DNA of 64,000 nucleotides from Rhizophagus irregularis (Eukaryota): NCBI RefSeq assembly GCF_026210795.1, contig NC_089430.1, positions 5,394,001 to 5,458,000 of the forward strand, read 5' to 3'. Shown piece by piece: positions 1 to 13,054 of this stretch (position 1 is its first letter; each line of letters starts with the position of its first letter). The notes under the pieces were generated by a model. It saw only the letters and a program-made list of their open reading frames with translations, ran no database searches and was not told where the DNA came from. The position numbers and the translations under genes were made by a program.

Positions 1-1366
1 AGAATAGGTAAGTTTCAAAAACAGAAATTTGAAACTTTAAAGAAAAGTTTTTTTAAAACTTATTTTTGTTTGATTTTTGTAGGAAATTAGCTCTGACTTG
101 AAAGCTGGAATTCTAGATAATGGCGAGTTGAACTCAAAACTTTTAAAAAAACTTTTTATCATTTTTTTTTTCAATCAGTTCCGACTTGGAAAACTGAAAT
201 CTCAAAGATTGTAAGTTTCGAAAATAGGAATTCAAAATTTTAAAGAAAAAAATTTTTTTTTACATTTTTTCTTTTTTTGTAGGGAAATCAGCTCTGACGG
301 ATGTAGACACCAGATTCCCAAGTGAGTATCAAAAATATTTTTGAAAATTATTTCTTTAGTAGGACTCCTATCTTTAGAACTCTTGTGAAAGATGTTTAAT
401 TACAGTAGCGTCTTCTTTTATTTTATGTTTTCCTTTGACTCAATTATCAGAGTTCCCAGTATGATAACTGGTCTTTATATTGTTCGGATTGTGCGAAATT
501 AGTAGATGAAGGTAAACTTTTGGGAAAATAAATTCGAAAATGATAAAAAATTGTGATTACTGTTTTTTTCTTTTTTTTTTTTTATAGGATGGATTTCCAA
601 TTGATCGGATGGTGAGTTCAAAATTTTGAAATTAAATTATTTCAAAATTAAATTTTTTTAAATAATATTTAACTTTTCCTCTTTTTTATAGGAAATGGAT
701 TCTGGTTCTTGAGTGGATTGGATGGTAAGTTTTGATTTTAAAAACTTAATTTATTTAGCTATTTTTTTATTAATGAAATAATATTAACATTTTATTTATA
801 TTTATTTTATAGAAGGCTAAAGAATCACTACGGTGGTTTCAAAATTTTCCAATTACCTTGGTTGATCACATTCCACGTTTATTCTTTATCACAATTGTAG
901 GAATACATAATACTGAGCATAATGAAGGAAATCGATGTTATATTTTATTATAATGCGGTATTGGTATGGATAATAATATTATTAAGAATTATATAGTATT
1001 TTAAATTTTTTGATAGATGAGAGAAACATTTGTGCCATATGATATTGTATACATGTAATTAAATTTTTGATTATTTTAATAAATTGATTTATAATATTTC
1101 CAACATATTTTTGATATATAATGAAAACATCCCTATTACATATTTCCAACATATTTTTGATATATAATAAAAACATTCCTATTACATATTTTCATCATAT
1201 TTTTGATTGATGTTTAACATATTCTAGACATATTTTTATTTCATATTTTTGACATATGCTTAACATATTGCTGTTATCGAGTTACAACAGAGTTAACAGA
1301 AATACGTATGCAATATGGTGATCATATTTTAAAAATGTTTCTACCATATTTTTCAAAATCGATAGG
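1..1366 (+). mobile_element. Right part of a non-autonomous DNA transposon (CCCTA-terminus type) carrying a micro-exon array and subterminal repeats
   Basis: Repeated acceptor/short exon/donor units at 1-812 (e.g. 283-320, 588-611, 692-724). A ~49-bp ACATATTTT-rich repeat lies at ~1090-1350, ending in ...gatagg at 1366, next to where homology of the neighbouring kinase fragment stops. Layout matches the TSD-verified element at 15285-16797. The left end lies outside the window. Confidence 0.5.
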
Positions 1367-1369
1367 TTT

Positions 1370-1675
1370 CAGCAAAGTTTGATGCCTTATCCAATCTCGT
1401 TTATATATACTCCAACGAAATATACATCCATCGATCCAATTTGCTTTATACACTTTACCAAACTTGTTTTCGTCAATATATTTAATATCATCCAGTCTAT
1501 GATAAGGTATCCACTCTAGTGCTACTTTTACATTTTTATGAGATAATAATTGAGTGGCTTGAATGAGTTTATCAATATCATTATTACCACTAGTCCAATC
1601 TATGAATTTATGTTGAAAATAAATTGCATTGCACAATTTATAGCACTTTGTACAATTATTATATATTTCGGCCAT
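1370..1675 (-). pseudogene. Truncated first exon of an N-lobe-repeat kinase paralog
   Basis: Reads CxxCxxxC...FIDWTSGNNDIDKLIQ...LEWIPY...FGKVYKANWIDG, the same module as 31197-35099. Upstream DNA 1680-1975 is the reverse complement of ~30905-31200. Homology ends after DWIRHQ. Confidence 0.8.
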
Positions 1676-2939
1676 TGACTTTATATGCAATATAAAGATT
1701 AATGAATAAATAATAAAGGCAGAATAAGATACTAGTGCAGAATCGAAAAAATGATTTTGTTCCGAGGCCGATAATATTTACTATATATGAAAAAAAATAA
1801 AAAGTTATAAAAAAAAATAAATGAAATTTAGATTGCTCTTATTTTAATATTTATAGGGAGTAAAATCATTACCTTTTTTTCATAGGTAACACGCACTTTA
1901 TTGATAATGCATATTGACAATGCATAAAATGAAATCATGCATGATCAATCACATGATATATCTTTCCGATCATCAACTTTTTATTTAAAAGTTTGTCAAT
2001 AGTATTTCAATAGCCTACAAGAGTTTGTTTTAATAAAGTTTATTTTAATATGGATAAAGACTAATAAAAAATTTACAAGGAAATACAGTACCTTTAATTA
2101 TTGTAATACTGTACTGCTTTTAATATGAATCAAAAAATGTATTTTTCTGATTATTGTAATATTACTTTTAATACGTTGATCACACCGTGAAATAATACTT
2201 TGATTCTGCTCTTTGGTTTGAAAATTCTGTATCCTTCCTTCTTTTGCTTAACCATTTTTTTCACACAATAGTAAAGTAAGTATTTTATAATTAGTATTTA
2301 ACAAATAAGATAAATCCATTCTTTTAAAAAATTTCTTTGTATATAAGATAAACACGCTCATAGTATGCTGCAACAGACAACGCTTAAAACAAGCATTATT
2401 TCACTCTTTACATGGCAAAATGAATTTTTATTTAATATAACAAAGTTATAATGCAATAATGCAAAAGTTTTAAAATGAATAATAAAGCTTTAGCACCAAT
2501 ATAATAATAAATACACAAATACACATAAATATTCTATATTTGGAAACTTTGGAAAGCATCTCATAAAAAGGTACACATTCTTTATAATTAAATAATTTGT
2601 TGTATATTTAATGTAGCATAAAATATTAAAATATTTAAAGCGAACGATTACCGTAAGCACAACGAGGTTAAAGTATTATTTCATTAATAAATAAAAAAAC
2701 ATATTAAGATTTTTTGTATCACTTGTTTCAAGCAATATTATCAATGACTTAATCAAATACATTATAATAATCGTAAAATTAAGAAAAATCAGCGCCTTTG
2801 CTTATGTCTAACCAATGAATTTGGAACTTAAATATACATTTCATTTATCATCGCAAAATTATGATTCTTCATTTAAATTTTACTTATCGTGTAAAGGAAT
2901 AAAAAAGAAATAGTTTGAAAATAATAAATAAGATTTTAC

Positions 2940-3180
2940 TCAAATTATTAGTCAAATACGCCGACTCGAAGTAATTTGTTAGCTTAATGATCCGTTTTTA
3001 AAAGAAAAAAACTAGGTCAAATTAATAAAACAAAAAAAAAATCCATTCGGTATAACCTTCCTCAAAAGTGTATCTCGGGTCATTAATTAAAGTTGATATA
3101 AACAGAAAAGAAAAAGTAAATTAATAAAAAACATAAGCAAAAAAACTACCTAAAATACCCACAACTCCATCTATTAAGTT
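2940..3180 (-). repeat. Dispersed non-coding element, copy 1 of 4
   Basis: Reverse complement carries the blocks gagttgtggg, gacccgagat, ttataccgaat, ttgttttattaat and ttcgagtcggcgtatttgact, in the same order as 63680-63900. Confidence 0.65.
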
Positions 3181-4059
3181 ACTAAAAAATCTCCATGAGC
3201 AAGGTGCTCAGCCTCGGTTTCATAGCACTAGCTGGTATAAAGATGCCTAAAAACTCTTAATCGTGATCGGCAAAAAAAGTTGCATTTGGGAATTTTTTTT
3301 ATTGAGGTATAGTATGACGAAGAACAGGAACGCCACTATCCCAACTAACCCGGAAAAAAAAAAATATTTATGAAAAAATACGAAGTCTTATACTCAATTT
3401 AGTTCATCATGTATCACGATCACAAGGCGAATCATGTTCATCAATAAAGAATTGTATTGAAAATATTTTGATGAATAAAAAAAGTGAGACCTAAAGCCCT
3501 ACTTGGATCAAATAAATCGCTAAACTTGATTAATAAATGCGCAGTAATGATAAATATCATGTAGTTCTCTTGTGGGGAATACTATTTACATAATCTGTGT
3601 GAGTAGAAGAGATATAGATAGAAGAAGATTTTGTAGATATCGGTGAGAAATCAGTAGAGAAAGATTATGGTGATGAAATTCTCGTGGTTAACGATATAGT
3701 AGAAACAAGTTAGTTGTAGGAATTTATAAAAAACCTGAGAGAGCAAAGAAATAACTTGATGCTGGGAGACTTGCATTAAATAACCTAGGTCCGCATACTT
3801 CCTTCCCTCTTTGACAGCATCACATGTTTCGTTTACTCTCTTATTGTATTTATTACCAAAGTCTGCGGCGTGTGAATTATTTTACAAACTGCATTATATG
3901 TTTTTTTTATTGTAATTATAAAGTTAGCGTCATGCTGATCATAATACATAAAACAACCAACCCAAATATTACTAAAAACTAATAAACATTAAAATTGGAT
4001 TTTTAGAACTTTTATATTGTAAATAAAAAGTTAACTAAGATTGTAATGGTACTACCTGA

Positions 4060-6181
4060 TTTACAATATGCTCAATGGTACCAGCGCTACCTGTACAGTG
4101 GCAAGAAGCTCGAGAACAATTTTTTGACGATCCGTTGTAATTACTATATCATTGTATAAGTGCTTATCTCTTCCGCCATCCCGATTTTCTATTATTATAT
4201 GCCATTGTCCAGTGACCGCCAGTTAACCAGGATCCCGTGTCATACACACTTTTTTGAGGAAACTTTTTCTTTTTTTCTACCATCTACATACAAATCGTGT
4301 GCAAATTTAAATGACCGAAGACGGCAGTCAGCAAAATGCTGAGAGTATCAGGGAGTCATCATCTTTTTCAGGAATTGCAATTTCAGGGCAAGACTTGTAT
4401 AAAGGAATAACTCGTCATTGTATCAGCTCATCCATAAAAGCAGATGACATTCTGTATATATTATCATCTTTGTCAACTACCGTTAGTACCTTCTCTGCTG
4501 TAAGGAAACCTGCTTTCTTTTTTTCTTCAGAATCATTGATTTGCATATAACTGAGAAACCCTGTGAGTGAATAACGGAGTAAGTCTATTAACAGGCCTGT
4601 ATATATCTTCCTCAACAAATCTTCCAACCATCTTTCTGAAGGTTTCACAATTACGTATCACTTTTTGCAAACGATTGCTTTCAACCAGATTGAAATATCA
4701 ATTTCACCAAGTCCTTTTTTTAATTCTCATCGATAGCTTTTCCGCAATTGATGACAAGGCCATCCAGCATGCCTATTAAATAAAAGAATCATGAGAAAAA
4801 TGAATTTTGGATTTTGATTTTCCATCTGCATACCCATTTGTCCGCATGTAGATATCTTTGATGACCTCTTGATTAATGATTATTCGCTCCTCATTCGCAT
4901 ACTCCTTAAATAAGAACTGGACTTGTTCCTGCGTGAAGTTTGGGTTTTGAAATGGCCTATAGACATTAAATGGCGATGTGGTTACTTCTTTTGAGCTCAG
5001 ATGCAAGATACTTGGGTCGACTATATTAATAGACCAGATAGCATATCCTTCTTTTCTTGCTTTAATATTACGTACAATTCTCAAGAATGAGGATATAGTC
5101 TCATTATTTGCTCTATACATTATATCATACTCGTCTATGAAGAGAATAACCTTTTTTTCCCACCTTTTTGAAAATAAATTAACGAAATCATTACTAGACT
5201 TAATTTGATCTTCAATATGCTCGGGAGCAGTCCTGACGAGATAATCACTGAATGTTGTCCAGAATAATATTTTGCTATCTGTTTCAATCGCCTCAAGAGA
5301 TATACTGTTTCAAAGAAAAAAGAAATATAAGAAACAGATGCAATGTGCAAACCTGGTACTTGTGATCGCTTAAATGAGAAAAATAGGCAAAGATAGCCTT
5401 CTTCTTCAAATTGTTCCATAACTCTAAACACCCGTGTAGTTTTTCCAGTGGCCCGTACACCATGTAGTGTCATAAATTCACCCTTCCGAATATTATTAAG
5501 AAGCGGTTCACTTAACTCTAATGGATCAACAAAGTAGACACCAGCACGCTGAACTATCCTATTTGCTTCTCTTTAGTTCTGTGGCTATAGAGAAAATTCG
5601 TAAGAATGATGGAATGAAACATATAACTAAGTATAATATCAAGTTTCTATCACACGTTTCTTACTTTCTTCTACTTCCGTGAAAGGTCTTTTTTTCTCGA
5701 GCTCTAATGGACAACGAGAAAACATAACCAATATTATTTATTAACAAATGTGACGACGAAAGTATATATCATTGTTTTGACTGCAAGTTTCTTCTTCGAG
5801 GGGTAAAAAATTGGGAGACACTTACCAGTGGTAATTGCGATGACAACAACGATGTTGATGTTTCTTCCTCCTTAGATTTATATCCAACTTGAAAATATTT
5901 TTTGACGTTTCATAAACACACCTCCAAGGTTTTTAATATCGTCTTCAGTAGAATTAGGATTAAGCTTACTTTCATAAACGTCAATTTGCCAAAGATTCAG
6001 TACGTCAGGCTTTCCAAACTTTCATTATTTGAGATAAGCTTAATTTCTCAAATGGAATTTCTTCATCACCAATTTTGAGAAATTTCTTATCGTCATTGTC
6101 ATTGTCATTTTTATTTTTGTAAACTTCCACCTGAAAAACATAACTATTATCTAGACGTAAACAATTGTATGATTCAACCAT
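4060..6181 (-). pseudogene. Crinkler (CRN)-like N-terminal domain + P-loop NTPase gene, disrupted
   Basis: ATG at 6181 (MVESYNCLRLDN...NLWQIDV...INIVVVIA, resembling the CRN header), Walker A TLHGVRATGKTT, Walker B VILFIDEYD, and downstream fragments ending near IVLELLAT. Multiple frameshifts and stops. The 3' limit is approximate. Confidence 0.75.
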
Positions 6182-7839
6182 TTCGATTATATTTTCATAA
6201 TGATAAATGATATTTTAGTTTATAGAGAAAGAAGTTGCTTTTAGAGAAAGAAGTTTTGAGCAAACTAGAGAGCTGAGGTTGACGCAATACAGCAAATAAT
6301 TTATCAGTACATGAAAAAAAATTGATCAATCATTATTCTCATTCTCCGATTCTCACGGTATTTATTAAAAAAGAAGGTGAATTAATTCTTAGGTCGTACG
6401 AGTGGTCGTACGATTGACCGTATTTGACTAATCTGTTTTACTTGCAAAAAAAAAATAAAGCGCAGTAACTTTGCACTCTTGTGTTACTATTTTCTACGTT
6501 AGTACCACGGAATGCAAGCAACATAGTTCATTTATTTCTGACACCACATGTCTTGTGACGTCTGACGACAATTTTTTTCTATTCAGAATATCGATTATTT
6601 GGACAAAATGAAACCGGATTATGGATAATGTTAATATAGGTAGTTTAGAATTAATGTAGAAACATCATTTCACTTGTAAATTTATGTATCACGCTTACGA
6701 ACGGAATCATGTAAAATTCAAGCTAAAATATACTATGCAAGCCTATAGTTTAAACTTTATAGTAAATCTTAGATTCTTATTATTAAAAGATATTTTTTTC
6801 CTTCCTAGTAAGCAAATTACAACAATCACAAATTATCTTTCCTGGAAGTCACTCGCTTTACTATATAATCGTTTTGATCACTTTTATTATATACAGTATA
6901 TGCAAAATATCAAATGACATGTAATTATATACAGTATATATAAAGTTTGCTTGTTAATCTATTTTTATTACTAATATTAAACAGCAGTCCGTATCAGGAA
7001 TTATGGAGGATTCAAGATTTCAATCACTTTGATTGATTTGACGCAAAAATTACGTTATAATAATATTATTATACTATTTATTATAATGCTATGAAGAATT
7101 CTTTTAGATATATTTCTTATAAAATGTTGTACATGCTAATCAGTAACAGAAAAAAATCGTAAGATATTTATTTATTATTAGGAAATTTTTAAAAGCTTGT
7201 TATATAATTGTTGCTGTATACAATGTTTACAACGATATTATATCACTGTTAGTATTGTTTGCATTTCTAAATTTCATTACTATTGATTTTCTATCTTCCT
7301 AATCATAACGATAACGTATTTGAAAATGAATGTTATACCAAAAATTAATTTAATTAATTTTTTAAATTATTTCAAAACTACAGCATCATCCAAAATATTA
7401 CCCTCCGACTCATTCAAAACGTAAAATTTTAATTTGAATTCGCCCTTAGGTCTTAAATTTTTAACGAGAAATGACTAGAACATGCAAGAAGCGACAGAAT
7501 ATAACATTTATTTACGCAAAACATTAGGATGTTTTAATGCAATCATCAATTCATGAAAAATATTCGGCTTAGACAAAAAATATTTGGATACAGGAGCATG
7601 GGATAATTGTATTAATTTTTTTTTTTGCGTATATAATTTAACTTATTTAACATTGTAAATTAAATAATTTGTCTAGTGTTAGAGAAGAACATTCTGCTGT
7701 ACTGCATTAGATATTGTGTTAACCCATGCAAGTTGCAACCTTCCATCCACTGACATTACCTCACGTATTAGCCCCCTTTTGTGGTTATATAACTCCTTTT
7801 TTTTCGTAACACTGATGATTTTGTAACATTATATACTAT
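4857..7839 (-). repeat. Left arm of an inverted segmental duplication (partner 26686-29781)
   Basis: Long reverse-complement matches, e.g. 7690-7839 vs 26686-26835 and 6180-6440 vs 28180-28465, plus the CRN coding region. Confidence 0.95.
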
Positions 7840-8106
7840 TTTTCGTAATTTTTTTTAATAAAAAAATGATACTGAATAAAATAAAACGACAGACTGTAAA
7901 TGAGAAGACGTGATTTTTACCGATCATTAATATTTACGATAGGTTAAATTAACGTAACTTTATTTTAACCGTAATTAGCTTTCTTTTTAGCTTATTTATT
8001 GTAATTATCGATATTCTGTTCTTCTATATATATTAACAAGAATCATCTAGTTCATTACTCACTTTGAGTACTATGAAATTAATGAATTTATTTGACTCTT
8101 CGATAG

Positions 8107-8460
8107 TTTATTTATTTATTTATTTAAGACTATACAATAGTTCAAATTGTAAGAACGTTACTAGTGTCCATTCATAAATCAGATTCTATAACTAATGTAA
8201 GGCCACAACGAATATAACCGTTCACCATTTAAAAAGTCCAAGTCCCTCATGAATAACTTAGACTACACACCCAAAATGAGATGCCACGTTATTCTTTCAA
8301 ATCCGAGGATCCTCCTCACTTAAACATGTGAAGTGGAAATGAACAATTCTATTCATAAGTTGTAAAGTACGAGAAGGGGATGAAAAGAGAAAATTTAAAG
8401 GCGAACTGATGCAAAAATTACATATAAAGAAAATAATAAAACTAATTTAAAACTAATCAT
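8107..8460 (-). mobile_element. Possible 3' end of a non-LTR retrotransposon
   Basis: (TTTA)n run at 8107-8125, i.e. a (TAAA)n tail on the minus strand, next to a relatively GC-richer segment. No TSD found. Confidence 0.3.
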
Positions 8461-8548
8461 AATGAAAAAATTATTTTACTGGTTCGCTGAGATATTGTTT
8501 CTTTAATAATTTTGATCGTGAAGACGCATGGATGAAAAAATTCATCTT

Positions 8549-8785
8549 TTATTTTGTATCATCTGAAGTGACGGGATCATAAGGTTCTGAAGCTTCCCAG
8601 TCGTCCGGATAATAGGTCTCGTCAAAGGGAGCTAAAGCTTTTTCTGGACCGAAGAAACATTCGACAGCTTCAAACAGAAACATACCATGAAATGGAACAA
8701 TTTTTCTTTTCTTTTTCTTCGGGTTCATTGATTTCTTTTGTTGTTCGTCAAATTTATTATAGGTCGTTATTATCGAATTCAACAT
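8549..8785 (-). CDS. Hypothetical 78-aa protein (basic KKKKRK stretch, acidic tail)
   Basis: ATG-started ORF with protein-like composition. Its 5' part lies in the last unit of the 8715-9200 tandem repeat. No family recognised. Confidence 0.35.
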   Translation of the reverse strand: MLNSIITTYNKFDEQQKKSMNPKKKKRKIVPFHGMFLFEAVECFFGPEKALAPFDETYYPDDWEASEPYDPVTSDDTK

Positions 8786-9200
8786 AGATACATTTCATAT
8801 CTTTTCTGCGATATACCAAAATCTGTCGATATCGCTGTTAGTTCCATAGATCCTAGGTAAAGTCTATGATTGATCGATCAAACCCGTTCTTTTTCCTTGG
8901 GTTCGTTGATTTCTTTTGTTGTTCGTGAAATTTATTATAGGACGTTAATTATCAAATATATTTCATATCTTTTCTGCGATGTATCAAAATCTGCCGATAT
9001 CGCTGATTAGTTCCATAGATCCTAGGTAAAGTCTATGGTTGATCGATCAAAACCCGTTCTTTTTCCTTGGGTTCGTTGATTTCTTTTGTTGTTTGTGAAA
9101 TTTATCATAGGACGTAAATTATCGAATTCAATATAGATAGATATATTTCGTTTTTTTTTCTGTGATGTACCAAAATCTGCCACCTTTTTGACGATATCGC
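8715..9200. repeat. Tandem repeat, ~170-180 bp unit, about 3 copies
   Basis: ggttc(a/g)ttgatttcttttgttgtt recurs near 8721, 8899 and 9070. ttccatagatcctaggtaaagtctatg recurs near 8842 and 9011. Confidence 0.9.
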
Positions 9201-9349
9201 TTTGATCCTGTGTACAGTTGGTGACTCATTGATGGTTAATCGATTAAAACTCGAGCACTTGACAATGTTCAATTTTCCATGATCCATATAACTTAAATTA
9301 CATTTTTTATTCGAAGAAATGTATTTTTGTTAAAAAAGATAAATGATGA

Positions 9350-9720
9350 TCGTTTAGTGAAATCATTAATACTATTAACAAAATAACAATGCATCAATAA
9401 TTAATACCAAATCAACGAGTCAGAAATCGGTCAACATTTTATAACGAGTCAATCATAAGCCAAATACGTTGATTCAATTGATAAGTTAACCCGTTCCTAG
9501 AAGATAAGAAAAAAAAGCTACATTAATAAAAACAAAGAACCATAAATAAAAAAACAATTCCGTATAATTTACCTTAAAATATCTCGAGTCTCTAGTTAAA
9601 ATTGCTATAAAGGAAAAAGTTGAATTAAATACAAACCATTTAAAAGATCCACAATTCCATCTAATTTAATGACTTTCAAAATATTTAAAAAAAAATCCTT
9701 AAAAAATTTCCATTACCGCA
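9350..9720 (-). repeat. Dispersed non-coding element, copy 2 of 4
   Basis: Reverse complement contains aattttaactagagactcgag, ttatacggaat, ttctttgtttttattaat and ttctaggaacgggtta, colinear with 63680-63990. Confidence 0.8.
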
Positions 9721-11148
9721 AACTCACTTCGTCTAATTAGAGTCATTCCTAAAATAAAATAAATAAATAAGATACATAAAAAAATAAAAAAAAATTCACA
9801 AAGCATCATTACGAAAAATTTACTTTCTGATTCTGATTGTTTCTGAAAAAAAAAAATTTGCAAAAAAAAATTGCTAAAAGACAAAATAGAATAAAATAAA
9901 ATGAAACCCGTTTCTTCTAAAGAAGGAATTAATTTTTTTTTTTTGATTGTAAAAAAAAAAAATTGCCAACCCACAATCTTACCCTGGGGTACTCGTTCAC
10001 TTTTCGTTTCAATACGTAATTCGTGAGTAATGTGTCGCAAGCGTGTGCATAGATGAAGAGATATCAATAACATTATATAATCTAAACTTTGAACAATAAG
10101 GTCTAGAATCTTATTAAGAAAATTCTTGTCCTTCCTCGTAATCAAAATTACCACAATAACAAATGATGTATTCTATTGTACGCGGTTACATTTTTTCGGA
10201 ATATCAAAATACCGAAAATAACTTTATATTGTCGCTAAAAAGATTTATCCATCATACTAATAGTACTTATTACTAACTTTTACTAACTTGGTGTCTCTTT
10301 GGAGTTGATAAAAATTTTCTTGGGCGACTAAAAGTTCATAACGTCATCTTAAAAATTAAAAATTAAAAAAAAAAGAATAACTGAATAATAAACTGACGGA
10401 TATGACCCAAAAAAAAAAGTGAAGTCACACAATTTGAGATAGATCGAACTTAATCTATACCGATCGGTGAACCTTATGCAACTTCGATTTGACCACTCAT
10501 ATCATCCCGTTATTAATTACATTAATTATGGTATAATATATATTAATATGGTTAAATGAAAAATCATGTTATTAATTTTTCTTTTTTTCTTCCTTCACGT
10601 TGATCGCACAAACGACTGTTTTAGTTTGACAATTCCGTATCTTTCCATCTTTTTGTTTACTTAATCAGTTCTTCACACGTACAATCAAAAATACAAAAAT
10701 AAAGATAGCATTTTATAATTTGACATTTGGCTGATAAAGTTTTTTCTTGTTAGAAATTTCTTTGCATGAAATAAAGAACCTATTGTTCATGACGTAGCAC
10801 TGCAACTGTTACATTTGGGAGAAATTTCTTAAAATTTTTTTAATTACAAGTACTTAATCCTTTTAGGGTAAATGTGATAGACAAAATATTTTTTTTAGAT
10901 ATACACAAAATTGCCATTAATTGACCCTTGTACTTCATCATCTTGAGATAATCTGAACTTAATCTTCGGTACAACGATCAAAAGTAAACACAATCACAAT
11001 GTCCCTCTTATCTCTCCCCTAAAAATTTCATTATAAATGTTCGTTCAATTCCAACAAATTTTAAAATTTCATTCTTTAATAAAATATCAATTAAAATTAA
11101 TAAGAAACATTTAATCTAGTTCTCAAAACATTTTTTTAATTTTTAAAT

Positions 11149-11921
11149 ATGAATTCCTCAAAAACTTTTGCTGTACTTTTTATCTTTTTCTTCGTTCTCA
11201 TCTCTTCCACAAATGCTCATATAGCATTTGTCAACCCTCCATTTAGAGGAAATGATGCTGTAAATAGTAAAATACCTCCTTGTGGAGGTTCTAATGAAGT
11301 GAATACTACTGCTATAACGGAATTTCCTCTTACAGGTGAGAATTCTTGAATTCACTTGCGGGTCCCTATTTCATCTTGTCATTTCACAATATTAATTTTA
11401 ATCTCTTGTCACAAAATATTAATCGCCTATTTTGTATTTTATATTATATAGATGGTCAAGCTACGGTTAAAGTCGGTCACGGTACAGGTGTTTTGCTCTT
11501 CAACTACGCTCCTGATGTCAATAGTACTTTCCAATCTGTAGCAGGTATAAATAATCATTTTTAATTCCTAAAAAGTTTTAATTTCTTTTGTACTTGAAAA
11601 AAAATTTGATTTATTAATTTTTTTTTTTATTTTTTCGTTAAAGATAATGTCACAGTTGACGTTCCTCATGATTCAGGTGGTAAACAATTAACCGCCTCAA
11701 TTAATCTCTCTAAAGCTGGTGCAAAAGTTGGAGACCAAGGTGTGCTTCAAACTATTTTCATTGATGGAGGAGTGAATTTTACCTATCAATGTGCCGATCT
11801 CAAGATTGTAGATGCAAAAAGTGCAAATGCTAACGCTAAATCAGCATCATCTGTTTTTGGTATATCTGAAGTCGCTTACTTAATAATCGGCTTGACCTCT
11901 TTTGTTATTGCTAATTTATAA
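11149..11921 (+). CDS. Secreted GPI-anchored copper-binding LPMO-like protein, X325/Bim1 type (185 aa, 3 exons)
   Basis: Exons 11149-11335, 11452-11544 and 11644-11921 join in frame (558 nt). Signal peptide ends STNA and is followed by His (HIAFVNPPFRG...PPCGG). Second His in VKVGHG; IDGG...YQCAD motif; Ala/Ser linker and hydrophobic C-terminus. Confidence 0.8.
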
Positions 11922-13054
11922 TTTAAAAGAATTAAATTTTTTTTTTTATTATTTGAACCTCAAATACTTCAAATGACGTGTAAATTATTTTATATGTACA
12001 AAACTTATTGTGTTAATTAATATTAATTAGTATTTTTTTTTTAAAATAAAATTTGTATTTAATTATCGTCTTTTATTTTATAATTTTTTTTTCAAATAAT
12101 TTTTTTTTCTTTTGGAATTACGGAAATTAAAATTGTTTTTATTCTACTTTTGAATAATTTGACGTAAAATTGTATTGACGATGTAAAATTATGATTTGAA
12201 AAAAAATGTTAACGTCCTCGAAATGCATCGAGGCGATCAACTAATATTGAAAGTCTGAAAGAAATTCTTACTAACATCTTATGTAATTTTTACTTTCTAA
12301 TATTAATCAATACGGTACATCATTTCGCATTTGATCCTCAAGTCTATGACTTAAAGGTCTTATTTTTAAGTTTTAAAAAATTATTAAAAATAATATTTAA
12401 ATCATTTTTATAATTATAGATAAATATCTCAATTCGACGATAATCGTAAATTTCTTCTTATGCTTTACAACAAAATAAAAATAGGACAATGAATAATGGT
12501 TTTAATGAAACTTTATGGAGAATATTGTGGACTTATCAGAATTAACAATTACAAAGTGCTATAGAAATACAAATAGTAAACAAATGAAAGAGACGTCACA
12601 AGTGCAAAGGTGACACAAAATGCCCGGTAACCGTCTAAAATATTGAGTATAAATGAAAATTATATTATTGCAATTTATGAGCTAAAAAAGCTTCTCGTAA
12701 TATAAATACGAAAGAAGTTATGGTATTAGATATAAGTCGCTAGTTTATTTTAATTTGGTAATACATTTTTTTGTCTAACTCATTTTTTTTATACAAAAAA
12801 GTATTAATAGCTTGATGTATTTTTTTTGACAAGGTCATATGAACGTAATGCAAAATTGCACATAGTCTAATTTAGTAAGTTCCCCAGATAGTTCTTGTGT
12901 TGTGACATTTACAAAAGAAATATTGGAAGAAGCTGACTCAATTATTTCTACTGATGATAAAAAACAACATGACTACAATAATGATATTAAGGAAATGAAT
13001 CGTGTCTTCAGAAAATTTTTGGAGGTTCTTTTAATAAAAGTTTTTAATTTAAAA

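Noticed and set aside
2187..2683. Inverted repeat tgaaataatacttt / aaagtattatttca as a MITE
   Set aside because: Only 14 bp, AT-rich, and no TSD.
9699..10154. 151-aa minus-strand ORF
   Set aside because: Non-ATG start, built largely from A/T homopolymers, no recognisable motif.
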